NCBI GenBank assembly: GCA_965208325.1
Contig: OZ242326.1
Span: 224,001 to 288,000, forward strand
Direction of reading: 5' to 3'
DNA: 64,000 nt
From: Candidatus Poribacteria bacterium
GTDB taxonomy: Bacteria; Poribacteria; WGA-4E; PCPOR2b
The notes below the pieces were generated by a model, which was not told the origin of the DNA, ran no database searches, and was given only the letters and a program-made list of their open reading frames with translations. A program made the translations under genes and the position numbers. Position 1 is the first letter of the stretch; each line of letters opens with the position of its first letter. Positions 1 through 9,719 of this stretch are shown in pieces.

Positions 1-275
1 GTTATAATTTGCGTTGCGGCTGAATCCTTATTCTAGCACAGCTCGTCAGGGATGTCAATTCAGTCTTGATACCGGGCGGCAATGATTTTTCCTGACTGGT
101 CTCGATGAATTCCACCCGGACTCTACCCCGAAAAAAACTTAAGCGCCCAGGCACCTCCCGGAAAATCTGTTCGGTATTTACGCGGTTAATGCGGTTCCAT
201 GATGTACGCATTCCAAAACGAGCGCAAACCTAGTTTACGGCATATTCCAAACATATTTTAGAACGCATTGACTGT

Positions 276-1433
276 ATGAATTACCTTCAACCGATTGCAT
301 TGCGGATTAACACGTACGTCAATAACGTCATCACTGGAAGGCAAAAGGGTCCTATGCCCGTCCTTATCCAATTCGTGCTAATGCCGATGAGTTGGCTTTA
401 CAGTGTTGTCGTCAGGGTTCGGAACAGACTCTACAGTTCAGGGATGCTCAAAATAAAGCGGTTGCCCTGTCCCGTTATCAGCGTGGGGAACATCGTTGCC
501 GGCGGCACCGGTAAAACGCCAACCGTAATCTGGATTGCTAAGCATCTACAAGCCAAGGGATACCCTGTAGCGGTGTTGCTGCGGGGATATGGGCGGCAAT
601 ACCGAACGGCAACGACAGTTGTCTCGGATGGGGTCCAAATGCTCGGTGGCGTTGAGGAATGCGGCGATGAGGCGATGATGATTGCCCGAGCCGTGCCCGG
701 ATGCATCGTCATCGTCAGCAAAAATCGATACGGTGCAGGGTGCGCTGCCATCCGGATGATGGGCGTCTCGACGGGGGTACTAATCTTGGACGACGGCTTT
801 CAACATCGCCGCCTGTATCGCGGCCTCGACATCGTCACGGTGGACAGCACACAACCGGTTGGTACCGGTAATTTGCTGCCGGCGGGCACATTGAGAGAGA
901 CGAACGCTGCGTTGAAACGCGCTGACGTCGTTTTGCTCACGCGAACCGATCAGCAGTTAGCTCCAACTTGTCAATCTACTAGACCCGCTGATCAGAAGAG
1001 CGCCGCGTTGGAAGGCATCGTTGATCCGGACAATATTTACGAAAGCTGCCATTGTCCTACGGCGCTCTACGAATTGAAATCGAGGCAACCCGCCCCGCTG
1101 GATCGGCTGAACGGGAAGCGAATACTCGCCGTGTGCGGCATCGGTGCGCCCGACGCCTTCGCCGAAACCCTTCGCCAACATGGCGCCGCGCAGGTTACTC
1201 TCATCGCATTCCCCGACCACCATCGGTACCGCTCGGACGACTATAGGCATATTAGCGCCCAATTCGGCGAGATCGGCGCTGATATGATAGTGACGACTGA
1301 AAAGGACGCCCAACGAATGGCCGGTTTCGAAGGGTTGGGGTGCTTTGTGTTAGCAGTTACACTGGAGATTACCAAGAACCAAATCGGGTTCAGCCGCCGG
1401 CTGATGCACGCTATTCGCCCGACGCATTCTTAA
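276..1433 (+). CDS. lpxK: Tetraacyldisaccharide 4'-kinase
   Basis: Motifs PVISVGNIVAGGTGKTP, LLRGYG, GDEA, ILDDGFQHRRL, FPDHHRY, TTEKDA. Confidence 0.97.
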   Translation: MNYLQPIALRINTYVNNVITGRQKGPMPVLIQFVLMPMSWLYSVVVRVRNRLYSSGMLKIKRLPCPVISVGNIVAGGTGKTPTVIWIAKHLQAKGYPVAVLLRGYGRQYRTATTVVSDGVQMLGGVEECGDEAMMIARAVPGCIVIVSKNRYGAGCAAIRMMGVSTGVLILDDGFQHRRLYRGLDIVTVDSTQPVGTGNLLPAGTLRETNAALKRADVVLLTRTDQQLAPTCQSTRPADQKSAALEGIVDPDNIYESCHCPTALYELKSRQPAPLDRLNGKRILAVCGIGAPDAFAETLRQHGAAQVTLIAFPDHHRYRSDDYRHISAQFGEIGADMIVTTEKDAQRMAGFEGLGCFVLAVTLEITKNQIGFSRRLMHAIRPTHS

Positions 1434-1536
1434 CACACCTCGCACGTCTCATGTTTAAATTCGACATTTGACACAAATTGTGGTAAACTACGGCACAGGC
1501 GTCAACGGCGAAACGCCCAAAAAGGAGAGGTACGGC

Positions 1537-1854
1537 ATGTACGTTATCATCGCACCAATTCAGATTAAGGATGGACACAGAGATGCCTTCATAGAAGCCA
1601 TGCTGGACGATGCTAAAGGCTCAATGAAAAATGAGCCCGGCTGTCTGAGATTTGATGTGATTCAAGACAGCGGCGACCCGAATCGCATATGGCTCTACGA
1701 GGTTTACGTAGATGAGGCAGCGTTTGAAGCCCATCGTCAAGCCCCCCACTTCATTAAGTGGCGTAATACCGTCGAGGACTGGCGCGATGAAGGCCCCAAG
1801 GGCGCCGGTTTGGGTAGTTACAACATTTGGCCCTCGGACAGCGACTGGAAATAG
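1537..1854 (+). CDS. ABM-family putative quinol monooxygenase (YgiN/LsrG-like)
   Basis: NEPGCLRFDVIQD...YEVY...AFEAHRQAPHF; AGGAGAGG RBS before ATG at 1537. Confidence 0.88.
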   Translation: MYVIIAPIQIKDGHRDAFIEAMLDDAKGSMKNEPGCLRFDVIQDSGDPNRIWLYEVYVDEAAFEAHRQAPHFIKWRNTVEDWRDEGPKGAGLGSYNIWPSDSDWK

Positions 1855-1894
1855 AACTTGTTAGTAACATCACAATCCAACGCAGCACCACACG

Positions 1895-1919
1895 GTTGGA
1901 GCGATCTCCGAATCGCGAC
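1895..1919 (+). repeat. REP-like short hairpin (GTTGGA-GCGAT-ctccga-ATCGC-GAC)
   Basis: GTAG-like leader followed by a 5-bp inverted repeat, in a convergent intergenic gap. Confidence 0.35.
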
Positions 1920-1952
1920 ACACTCCCCAAACGTACTTTCCCTTACCAACAG

Positions 1953-1986
1953 GAATCAACCGACCGAAAAGGGAGGGCGATAGTTT
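1953..1986 (+). repeat. 34-bp dispersed repeat, copy A
   Basis: GAATCAACCGACCGAAAAGGGAGGGCGATAGTTT; 31/34 identical to 30232-30265 and 29/34 to 30336-30369. Confidence 0.85.
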
Positions 1987-2019
1987 GCCTATAGTCTTCA
2001 CTTCTCCGCTCCCGAACGT

Positions 2020-2670
2020 TTAAGCGTCGGTTGACGCAGCCACCCAACGAATTGCTTGACTGACCAGCTTTCGGTAGTTTGGATTTCCGTACGCCATCGC
2101 GTCGTGCCCGTGTTGGATGTATACAATCGGGGAGTTTCCATAACGATGCGTCCAGCCTAGTACCGGCGCGCTGTCCCGATGCTCTGTGCGAAGCAGGACA
2201 TGTACCTTTGCGTCGACGGCATAACCCTTGTAAGTTTCGTCCTGTATCTCAAAATCCGTGATTCCCTCCGTCACAGGGTGATTGGGGTCGGCAATTTTTA
2301 CACTGTATCGGACATCGTGCCTGACCGTATTTTCGCCTGTTGTCCAGACACCGCCGACAATTCGATTGAATTCATCCCATTCCCGGAACGAGATTAGCGC
2401 GTGGTGCAGTGAGACTATGCCAACGCCGTGATTTAACAGATCCACGTATGCCGCACGCTGCGCGGGTGTGATTTCCTGCCACATGTCGTAAAACACAAGC
2501 GCATCATAATCCTTTGCGCCTTCTATACTCAGATGTTGGAACGCATTTGGGAAGGTCTCGGCTTCATAGCTGAGATTTTCAAGGCTGTCGAACATTTCCC
2601 AGAACGGTTCCGGTTGGAAATCGTGTCCGCCGGTAATCACTAACACGTGGCTGTTTTGCTTTGCGGTCAT
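2020..2670 (-). CDS. ThuA-like domain protein (class I GATase-like fold)
   Basis: VLVITGGHDF, YDALVFYDM, GIVSLHHAL, HPVTEGITDFEIQDETY, YIQHGHD. Confidence 0.85.
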   Translation of the reverse strand: MTAKQNSHVLVITGGHDFQPEPFWEMFDSLENLSYEAETFPNAFQHLSIEGAKDYDALVFYDMWQEITPAQRAAYVDLLNHGVGIVSLHHALISFREWDEFNRIVGGVWTTGENTVRHDVRYSVKIADPNHPVTEGITDFEIQDETYKGYAVDAKVHVLLRTEHRDSAPVLGWTHRYGNSPIVYIQHGHDAMAYGNPNYRKLVSQAIRWVAASTDA

Positions 2671-2724
2671 TGTTTAGCTCCTGAGTTGATAACAATTGGA
2701 AAAACCGTATAAAGTTCGATCCAC

Positions 2725-3396
2725 TTAAATCTTTTTTCGTTTGCGAATTAAAGCCGGAATGAGCGATATGAGAACAATGAAGACGCCTGCGCCCGCTAGA
2801 TACAGCAACGTCAACGTGATATTTCCTTCGCCGACGTTTACAGCAGCACCGAGTTGGACGAAAGCAACTGTACCGGGCAGCATGCAGATCCACGAAACCA
2901 GAATGTACGTGGAAAACCGGATTTGCGTGAGTCCGTAGGCGTAATTCTGTAAATTGAAGGGAAAGATTGGAACAAGCCGCGTTATCATCAACATACGCCA
3001 GCCCTGTTCCTTAACCCCGTTGTCAATCTTTTGAAAATGAGCGTTGCTCGCAACCCAAGATGCAACCATCTCACGGGCGGTATATCGGGCAATCAGAAAT
3101 GCGCACGACACCCCAATTGCCGATCCGATTGAGGCGTAGACCGTGCCCCAGAGCGGCCCAAACGCGAGCCCGGACAGTGCGGTTACGGGCAAGCCCGGCA
3201 AAAAGAACACAACTGCAGCCACATAAAAGCCGATAAAAGTCAGCGGTCCGATTGCGCCAAAGCTGTCAATCTTTTCCTTAATTTTCGGGATATTTTCTAA
3301 ATTTAGATATTCAGCCGCGCCCGAAAATCTCAAACCCCCGTACACAACACCAATTGCAGCCAAGGCGATAGTCAGTTTGATTAAGTTTTTGTTCAT
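2725..3396 (-). CDS. TVP38/TMEM64 (VTT/DedA-family) membrane protein
   Basis: TRLVPIFPFNLQNYAYGLT and GLAFGPLWG motifs; several TM segments. Confidence 0.92.
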   Translation of the reverse strand: MNKNLIKLTIALAAIGVVYGGLRFSGAAEYLNLENIPKIKEKIDSFGAIGPLTFIGFYVAAVVFFLPGLPVTALSGLAFGPLWGTVYASIGSAIGVSCAFLIARYTAREMVASWVASNAHFQKIDNGVKEQGWRMLMITRLVPIFPFNLQNYAYGLTQIRFSTYILVSWICMLPGTVAFVQLGAAVNVGEGNITLTLLYLAGAGVFIVLISLIPALIRKRKKI

Positions 3397-3440
3397 CCTG
3401 CTATTCTATTTGAGAACGCCATTCCCAGAATCCAGCCATT

Positions 3441-4238
3441 TCAACGGTTTTCCAAGAACCCTCTGATTTTCGGGACATTGTCCGTCCACATACCGCCAAT
3501 CTCGTTCCGCAGCAACCACGCAACATCACGGCGGGAGTGAACGAATCCGCCTTCAACCATAATGTTCCTCGCTTTGAGTTTCCTGACGTTGCGTTTCAGG
3601 CAACGGCTGAAAAAGTCGCAGAGCGAGAAGTGATTCACCTTGTTCCAACCGATTATGATTCTGTTGGCGCTAATGGATTCCGCCGCCTTTAGGAGATTTG
3701 CCGCGGGATTAATAATGATTGCGCTTGTATGAAGTGTTGGTTCAAGCTGTTTGGCTTGGACGAGGAGGTGTTTCCGAGAATAGAATGTCAAAAGGCCAAC
3801 CAGGTGGACAAGATTAAATCGCCGAATCCGTTCTACAACGATACCGATAAGTTCTTCTGAATCCTCCTTCGGTTCAATGAAACACGGCATTTGGGTTTCC
3901 GCGGCGAACGAGAGTGTCTGGTCGAGATGTGCGACAGGTTCATCGGAATCGAGCACCCGGTGCGTTTGCACGTCGTGCCAAGTAAGTTCATTGAGCGGTG
4001 ATGAACATCCTGTGACTTCCTGAATACTTCCGCGGTTAAAACCGGTATGGATGATAATCGGCTCTTTGTCTTTGGTCAAACGGACATCGCACTCGAAAGC
4101 GTCAGCCCCGTCTTCAAACGCCTGCCTGAAGGCGGCTATTGTGTTCTCAGGCCCCCGTTCCAACCCGCCGCGGTGCGCCAGTATTTGGGGCGTTACAACG
4201 GAATTTCCACTGTTGAGTTCGTGATGGGTGTGGCGCAC
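3441..4238 (-). CDS. Glycerophosphodiester phosphodiesterase family protein
   Basis: ILAHRGG...PENTIAAF...FECDVRLTKD; C-terminal GMWTDN. Confidence 0.9.
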   Translation of the reverse strand: MRHTHHELNSGNSVVTPQILAHRGGLERGPENTIAAFRQAFEDGADAFECDVRLTKDKEPIIIHTGFNRGSIQEVTGCSSPLNELTWHDVQTHRVLDSDEPVAHLDQTLSFAAETQMPCFIEPKEDSEELIGIVVERIRRFNLVHLVGLLTFYSRKHLLVQAKQLEPTLHTSAIIINPAANLLKAAESISANRIIIGWNKVNHFSLCDFFSRCLKRNVRKLKARNIMVEGGFVHSRRDVAWLLRNEIGGMWTDNVPKIRGFLENR

Positions 4239-4280
4239 AGTTATTTTCTTTCGGCGTAAGTTGACGGTTCCCGATTGGTG

Positions 4281-5072
4281 TCACATCGCAATAATCCGCC
4301 GCATCCGTTCCGCAACATCAACCTGATGCGCCCAATCTCCGCCGACTTCGTGGATAACATATCCATCGTAACCGACTGCTCTTAAATTGCGCATCACGGA
4401 CGGCCAATTCGTGTCCCCGTCAAGCAGGTTCACAAATTGATGTTGGTCGCGTTTAAAGTCCTTGAAATGCACGCGCACGATTCGTGCCCCAAGCTCGCGA
4501 ATCCAATGTTCAGGGTACCCGTAAGCCATCATGTTGGCGGTGTCGAGGTAGGAGCGGACCCATTCGCTGTCAATTTCATCAATGAAGTCACACATCTCTC
4601 TGGAGCTAAGCAAAAATTTATTCCATACATTCTCCAAACCGATGACCGCCCCATGTGACTCGGCAATAGGCGCCAAATCACTCAAAATGGACGATAAGTT
4701 TTCCCAAACCCCCAGATATGTGCCTTCGTCGGTCAGTTGTCCCGGGTGCAACAGAATTACGTCGACACCGAGCGCCTCGGCAATTTCAAGGCTCCGGACG
4801 ACCGATTTGATGCCTTTCGCCCGTTGTCCGGAGTTGAGGCTGAGCAGGTTTCCACGATCTTGATAATTGGCGGCGACGCTGCTAATTTCGATTCCCGCTG
4901 CGGCACAACTTTCGCGAACCGCTTTTAGTTCAGATTCGCTCATATTGATGTCCGTATCCCTGTCCTCTTCAAAGCACAGTTCAGCTGCGTCATATCCCGC
5001 CTCTTGGCATAGTGCGAGCGTGTTGGCAAGAGGCATATTTCCAAGGATGATTTGGGTAACACCTATTTTCAT
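4281..5072 (-). CDS. Sugar phosphate isomerase/epimerase (xylose-isomerase-like TIM barrel)
   Basis: IGLENVWNKFLLS, YLDTAN, VHFKDF, GYDGYVIHE. Confidence 0.9.
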   Translation of the reverse strand: MKIGVTQIILGNMPLANTLALCQEAGYDAAELCFEEDRDTDINMSESELKAVRESCAAAGIEISSVAANYQDRGNLLSLNSGQRAKGIKSVVRSLEIAEALGVDVILLHPGQLTDEGTYLGVWENLSSILSDLAPIAESHGAVIGLENVWNKFLLSSREMCDFIDEIDSEWVRSYLDTANMMAYGYPEHWIRELGARIVRVHFKDFKRDQHQFVNLLDGDTNWPSVMRNLRAVGYDGYVIHEVGGDWAHQVDVAERMRRIIAM

Positions 5073-5312
5073 CTTTTCTCCTAATTAAACGACATTGCGG
5101 CGCTTTATTGCACGTCGCTATGACTGTCGCTGCCGGAATTATATCACAGCCGGTGTCAATGCACAATAAAATCACAGACACGGAACGCTCAACCTTCCGT
5201 ATCTCAAACAACGCCGCGAATAGGGCTTGTCATTTGAAAATACATATGATATCGTTGTGACGAAGAGGATTACGGTTGCGGTAAGCGTCGTTTAAATTTC
5301 CTATGTGATCGG

Positions 5313-5813
5313 GTGGGTTCGGTGGCTAAACAACCGGAAGAGGTAACAGCGCTCAAAAGTGTTCTCGCCAATCGGACCCGAGAGGGCATCCTTTACGAAA
5401 AACTCCCCGGCAAAAAAGATTGGGTTCACTGTTTCGCTTGCGGGCACAACTGCCGAATTCCGCCGGGCAGAGATGGTATCTGCCGCGTTCGGTTTAATAG
5501 AGGCGGCGCGCTATACGTGCCGTGGGGTTACGTGGGCGGGCTGCAAATCGACCCCGTCGAGAAGAAGCCGTTCTTCCACGCTCATCCGTGCGGCGGATAT
5601 TGGATATGATGCTCGGCTACACTAGTGCACGCAGGCAATTTGCCCGGGCGCGTTGGGCGGTATGAGAATACCTATTGTCCGGGCTGTAATGCGTTGCTTA
5701 TTCAGCGGTGGAGATTTAAGGTGCTGATGAATCGGGTGGAAGACGGTGCGTGCCCCAATTGTGAGACCAAGATTCGCGGTGTGTGGAACAAGGCAATGCT
5801 GAATTCCTCATGA
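5313..5813 (+). pseudogene. AmmeMemoRadiSam radical SAM enzyme (AmrS-like) pseudogene with the catalytic core deleted
   Basis: N-terminus CFACGHNC...GICRVR...IDPVEKKPFFH joins out of frame to C-terminal TLIRAADIG...AGNLPG...ENTYCPGC...CPNC...IRGVW; no CxxxCxxC; extra frameshift near 5625. Confidence 0.85.
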
Positions 5814-5838
5814 GACAAATTCAGTCAGCTCGCGGGCA

Positions 5839-7074
5839 TCAAACATTGCGTAGTCCCTGCTGAATGACCTCCGCTGTCTCTTTAGCCACAATAATCTCCT
5901 CGTTCGCCGGTATAACGAGAATCTTTGCCCGGCTTTCAGGCGTGGAGACCTCACCTTCGCCGGTGTGCGCCTCGTTCTTTTGCGGATCCAAATGAATGCC
6001 TTGCCATTCTAGCCCATCGCAGATTGCCCTGCGGGCACTTGCGCTTTTTTCGCCAATTCCGCCGGTGAACGCAATGATGTCAACCCCGCCGAGTGCGGCA
6101 ATATATGCGCCGATGTACTTTTTGACGCCGTAATAATAGGTCTCCAGCGCCAAGCGGGCGTCATCGTTGCCCGCTTTTGCCGCTGCTTCAATGTCGCGAA
6201 CGTCGCCGCTGACTCCGGAGATTCCAAGCAACCCGGATTCATCGATCAATTGGCGGCGAATCTCCGTTGTGTTCCACCCCTCCTCGTCCATGACATAAAG
6301 CATCGCGAACGGATCAAAATCACCGCTCCTTGTCGCCTGGATGAGTCCGTATTGAGTTGAAACCCCCATTGTTGTGTCAATAGACCTGCCGTCGCGGATG
6401 GCGCATATTGAAGAACTCCCGCCGAGGTGGCAAGAGATGATTCGGGGGGAAGCGGTTTTTCGAGTCGGGTCGTCTCCGTTGAGCGATGCACCAAGAAGCT
6501 GCGGCGCGCGCTCTGCGATGTAGCGGTGCGAGGCACCGTGAAACCCATAGCGGCGGATGTGGTGTTTCTCCACCCATGTACGTGGCACGCCGAATTCGTA
6601 AGCGTAGTCAGGGATGGTCTGGTGAAACCATGTCTCTAAAACGGCGACTAAAGGTGTATTTCGCGCCAATTCTTGAAACGCGCGGATGGACGCGATGTAT
6701 GCGGAATTGTGCAGCGGAACTAGCGGAACGTATGCCTCTAGCGCTTCCATTACCTGTTCCGTAATGAGGGCGGAACGCCGGATACCCTTGGCAAAAACAG
6801 TTTTGAAGCCTACACCCCCCAAGGCACCAAGATTGCCAATCGCACCCGCTTTGGGATGGGCAATCATCTTGATGCTGTGTGCGATGGCAGCGTCATGGTT
6901 CGGTGCCTCAATTGTGCCGCGCAAAACCAGTTTGTTAGGCGCGGTGTGCGTGAACGGCGACGGGGAATTGCCTATCCTTTCTACAACTCCCTTGATAAGC
7001 GTCTCTGACGTTTTAACATCAATAATCTGGTATTTGAACGATGTGCTGCCAACGTTGGCGCAGAGTATCAGCAT
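5839..7074 (-). CDS. ackA: Acetate/propionate kinase
   Basis: NVGSTSFKY, PLHN, RRYGFHGASH, CHLGGSSS, FTGGIGE, PANEE. Confidence 0.95.
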   Translation of the reverse strand: MLILCANVGSTSFKYQIIDVKTSETLIKGVVERIGNSPSPFTHTAPNKLVLRGTIEAPNHDAAIAHSIKMIAHPKAGAIGNLGALGGVGFKTVFAKGIRRSALITEQVMEALEAYVPLVPLHNSAYIASIRAFQELARNTPLVAVLETWFHQTIPDYAYEFGVPRTWVEKHHIRRYGFHGASHRYIAERAPQLLGASLNGDDPTRKTASPRIISCHLGGSSSICAIRDGRSIDTTMGVSTQYGLIQATRSGDFDPFAMLYVMDEEGWNTTEIRRQLIDESGLLGISGVSGDVRDIEAAAKAGNDDARLALETYYYGVKKYIGAYIAALGGVDIIAFTGGIGEKSASARRAICDGLEWQGIHLDPQKNEAHTGEGEVSTPESRAKILVIPANEEIIVAKETAEVIQQGLRNV

Positions 7075-7493
7075 AATGCGTCTCGCAAATCTGGATGTTG
7101 CCGCTTCGGCAACAGTTAAATCGTAATTGATTTTTTCGGAGTTGTTTCAATCGGGGAGGCGTCTGTGCGCGTCCGGTAGGGCCCTAAGTTGCGGCATGCG
7201 TGATTTATTTCAGCAGTTAATCGGCCCTGATTGATTCCACGAATCAAAATAATAACGCAGTATACATAGTTTATCAAGCCGAAAATGCTGGCCAATCGTC
7301 TACGCAAAATCGACAGCTTTTTCCATAAAGTCGCGGCAATAGGTATTGCGAATTGTAGATGTGCTAGACCATGTTTACCAATAAAGAAAAAGCAACTTTT
7401 GTAAACCATTCAACATATCGTGTGAACCTGTTTGAAAATTCCTTTTATACAGTCCTAGCGGAGCAAAACGTATATATCACGCCGCCACCCTCC

Positions 7494-7556
7494 GTAGGCG
7501 TGGCATCTTTTCCTGCGTGCGTCACGACGTCCTGTAGGCGGGGCATCTTGCCCCGC
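7494..7556 (+). repeat. Tandem pair of GTAG-type REP-like units (7494-7516, 7534-7556)
   Basis: GTAGGCGTGGCATCTTTTCCTGC and GTAGGCGGGGCATCTTGCCCCGC; the second forms a perfect GCGGGGCA/TGCCCCGC stem. Confidence 0.7.
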
Positions 7557-7851
7557 ACCATGCGGGAATATGGTATTTGGTGGGCTCAAACGACCGAATA
7601 GAATCAACTGTGCAAATAGCGAAAGCCATAGTGAATCCCGTGCGATAGAAGTTCCAACGAAAATTAGAAACTCAAAAGCCCAAGAATGGTTTCGTCACCC
7701 ATTATCCAAACAGGCTTTAAACCTTATCAGTAGAATTCAATCATTTTGTGGATTGGTTGAGATTCGATTCGGTTTGTGATAAAATACAGGGCGCAAATAC
7801 GATTAAAGTCGCTTGGCGCCAAAATGCGGTACCAAGTTGGAAAATGCAGGC

Positions 7852-8802
7852 ATGACGGAGCAGCCAGAAAACGACACAATTACCGCTGTCGAAGGAATTA
7901 AAGTTGGTCACGTAACAGACCCAATCGCACGTACGGGTTGCACAGTTATTTTGTGCGAGTCCGGCGCTGTCGCGGGAGTAGATGTTCGCGGTTCTGCGCC
8001 GGGTACTAGGGAAACCGATGCAATCCGCCCGGGGAATTTGATTGAAAACGCTCACGCGGTGTTGCTCACCGGCGGCAGTGCGTTCGGCCTTGATGCGGCG
8101 GGAGGTGTGATGCAGTATCTTGCAGAACGCCGCATAGGATTTCCCGCCGGTCCGGTGCGCGTACCGATAGTTCCGGCCGCAGTGATTTTTGATTTAGGAG
8201 TTGGTGATCCCGCTGCGTATCCGAATCGTGAGATGGGCTATCGCGCTTGTATGAACGCCGCCAGCGATTCGGTAAAGATGGGGCAATTGGGCGCAGGTAC
8301 TGGCGCAACAGTTGGTAAGATTCCAGGGTTTAAGCCATCAAATGGTGGCATTGGTTCTGCGTGCCGGGTACTCAAATCAGGGTTAATTGTCGCCGCAATT
8401 GTCGTTGTCAACGCCTGGGGTAATATCGTCGACCCAACTTCCGGACGGATTGTGGCAGGAGCAAAAAATAAGGATACCGGCGAATTTGTGGATTTGGTCG
8501 AACAATTATGTACTCAGGATAATGAGGTATGCCTTGCGAACCATGCACTAGGAACTAACACAACGGTCGGCGTCGTTGCGACGAACGCCGCACTTAGTGC
8601 CGCAGAAGCGGCAAAGGTCGCACAGATGGCTCACGATGGCTTGGCGAGGGTGATTCGCCCGGTTCACACCATGTTCGACGGTGATACAGTCTTTGTGCTA
8701 TCTCTGGCTACGAAGGAGGCGGCCGTAAACACCGTCGGAATCGTTGCTGTGGAAGTAGTGGTAGAGGCAATTTTGCGGGCAGTAATTCCTGAAAGTGACT
8801 AA
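7852..8802 (+). CDS. P1/S58 (DmpA-like) aminopeptidase
   Basis: VDVRGSAPGTRETD, LTGGSAFGLDAA, GAGTGATVGK, NTT autoprocessing site, HTMFDGDTVF. Confidence 0.93.
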   Translation: MTEQPENDTITAVEGIKVGHVTDPIARTGCTVILCESGAVAGVDVRGSAPGTRETDAIRPGNLIENAHAVLLTGGSAFGLDAAGGVMQYLAERRIGFPAGPVRVPIVPAAVIFDLGVGDPAAYPNREMGYRACMNAASDSVKMGQLGAGTGATVGKIPGFKPSNGGIGSACRVLKSGLIVAAIVVVNAWGNIVDPTSGRIVAGAKNKDTGEFVDLVEQLCTQDNEVCLANHALGTNTTVGVVATNAALSAAEAAKVAQMAHDGLARVIRPVHTMFDGDTVFVLSLATKEAAVNTVGIVAVEVVVEAILRAVIPESD

Positions 8803-8957
8803 ACTACGAAATGCTGCTGTAACCTATGATCAGCGTTTCGCGAGAGCGTGTAGAGAGGGATGTTATCCAATGAAATGCAAGCTCACATGGATTCGACCTG
8901 CATCACGATGGAAATCGAAGCATCAAGCATTTGTTGTGTTTTTTTGATTTTATTAAT

Positions 8958-9455
8958 CTATGCTTCCTCAATGCTGATTGGTGAGTAGACTGAAACATCG
9001 GTTTTTAAGTTCCGTTTAGTCCGCAGAAAAGGAAGTTTGGATTTTAGTTGCCGAATTGCACCAGCGATGCCTTGGTAATCTTTTAGAATTTCGATGTGTT
9101 CAGCCTGGTTTTCAACCTGTTTGCTTAATTGCATTATAATCGCATCCGCACGCTTGCTTGATTCCTCGGATGCAGCTTGCATCTGCTCAATCAGAGCATC
9201 AGATTTTTTGATTCCGTCTTCACCTTGAGCGCGAAGTTGATCAAGTTCCGCGTAAAGATACTTGTTCTCTTGGGTCAACTGCTCAATGCGGGCGTCCCTT
9301 ACACAGATTAGGCTCTTTAAAGTAGTGATTTCTTTCTGGCGTGTGAATTCACCGGACGGTTCATTACTTGGAGTTTGCCGTGCAGTGTTTTCGCCTCTCA
9401 TGAACGCCCTCGGAGGTTGAATTGACGTTTCTACGGACGAAATAAATGTCTCCAT
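8958..9455 (-). CDS. Hypothetical coiled-coil protein
   Basis: 165-aa ORF with AGGAG RBS and heptad-rich central region. Confidence 0.6.
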   Translation of the reverse strand: METFISSVETSIQPPRAFMRGENTARQTPSNEPSGEFTRQKEITTLKSLICVRDARIEQLTQENKYLYAELDQLRAQGEDGIKKSDALIEQMQAASEESSKRADAIIMQLSKQVENQAEHIEILKDYQGIAGAIRQLKSKLPFLRTKRNLKTDVSVYSPISIEEA

Positions 9456-9719
9456 TTTATCTGTTCTCCTTTTTCACTCGATCACGGTAGCGTTAAATCA
9501 AACCGATAGCAGTCCAGTACGCTGCGAGATTAAGCGCAGGCTGATATTTCGGTAGGCGATTTCGCTACAACCAAAACGTTATTGCAAATGATAGCGTTTC
9601 ACCTTTTTCAATAAAACATGTTTTTGCTGTTGTCGCAATCAAGTCTACATAACGTACCCCGATAAGGGATTGAGATGGTTTAACTAACCGAAGTTGGAAC
9701 CCTATAGGAGTACAAATCT

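Noticed and set aside
5138..5160. Perfect TTGACA and TATAAT on the minus strand upstream of the epimerase
   Set aside because: The spacing is only 10 nt; it more likely works as an extended -10 promoter and is unremarkable.
7116..7779. Short ORFs in the ackA-peptidase spacer
   Set aside because: Overlapping, motif-free frames in an AT-rich divergent promoter region containing REP-like units.
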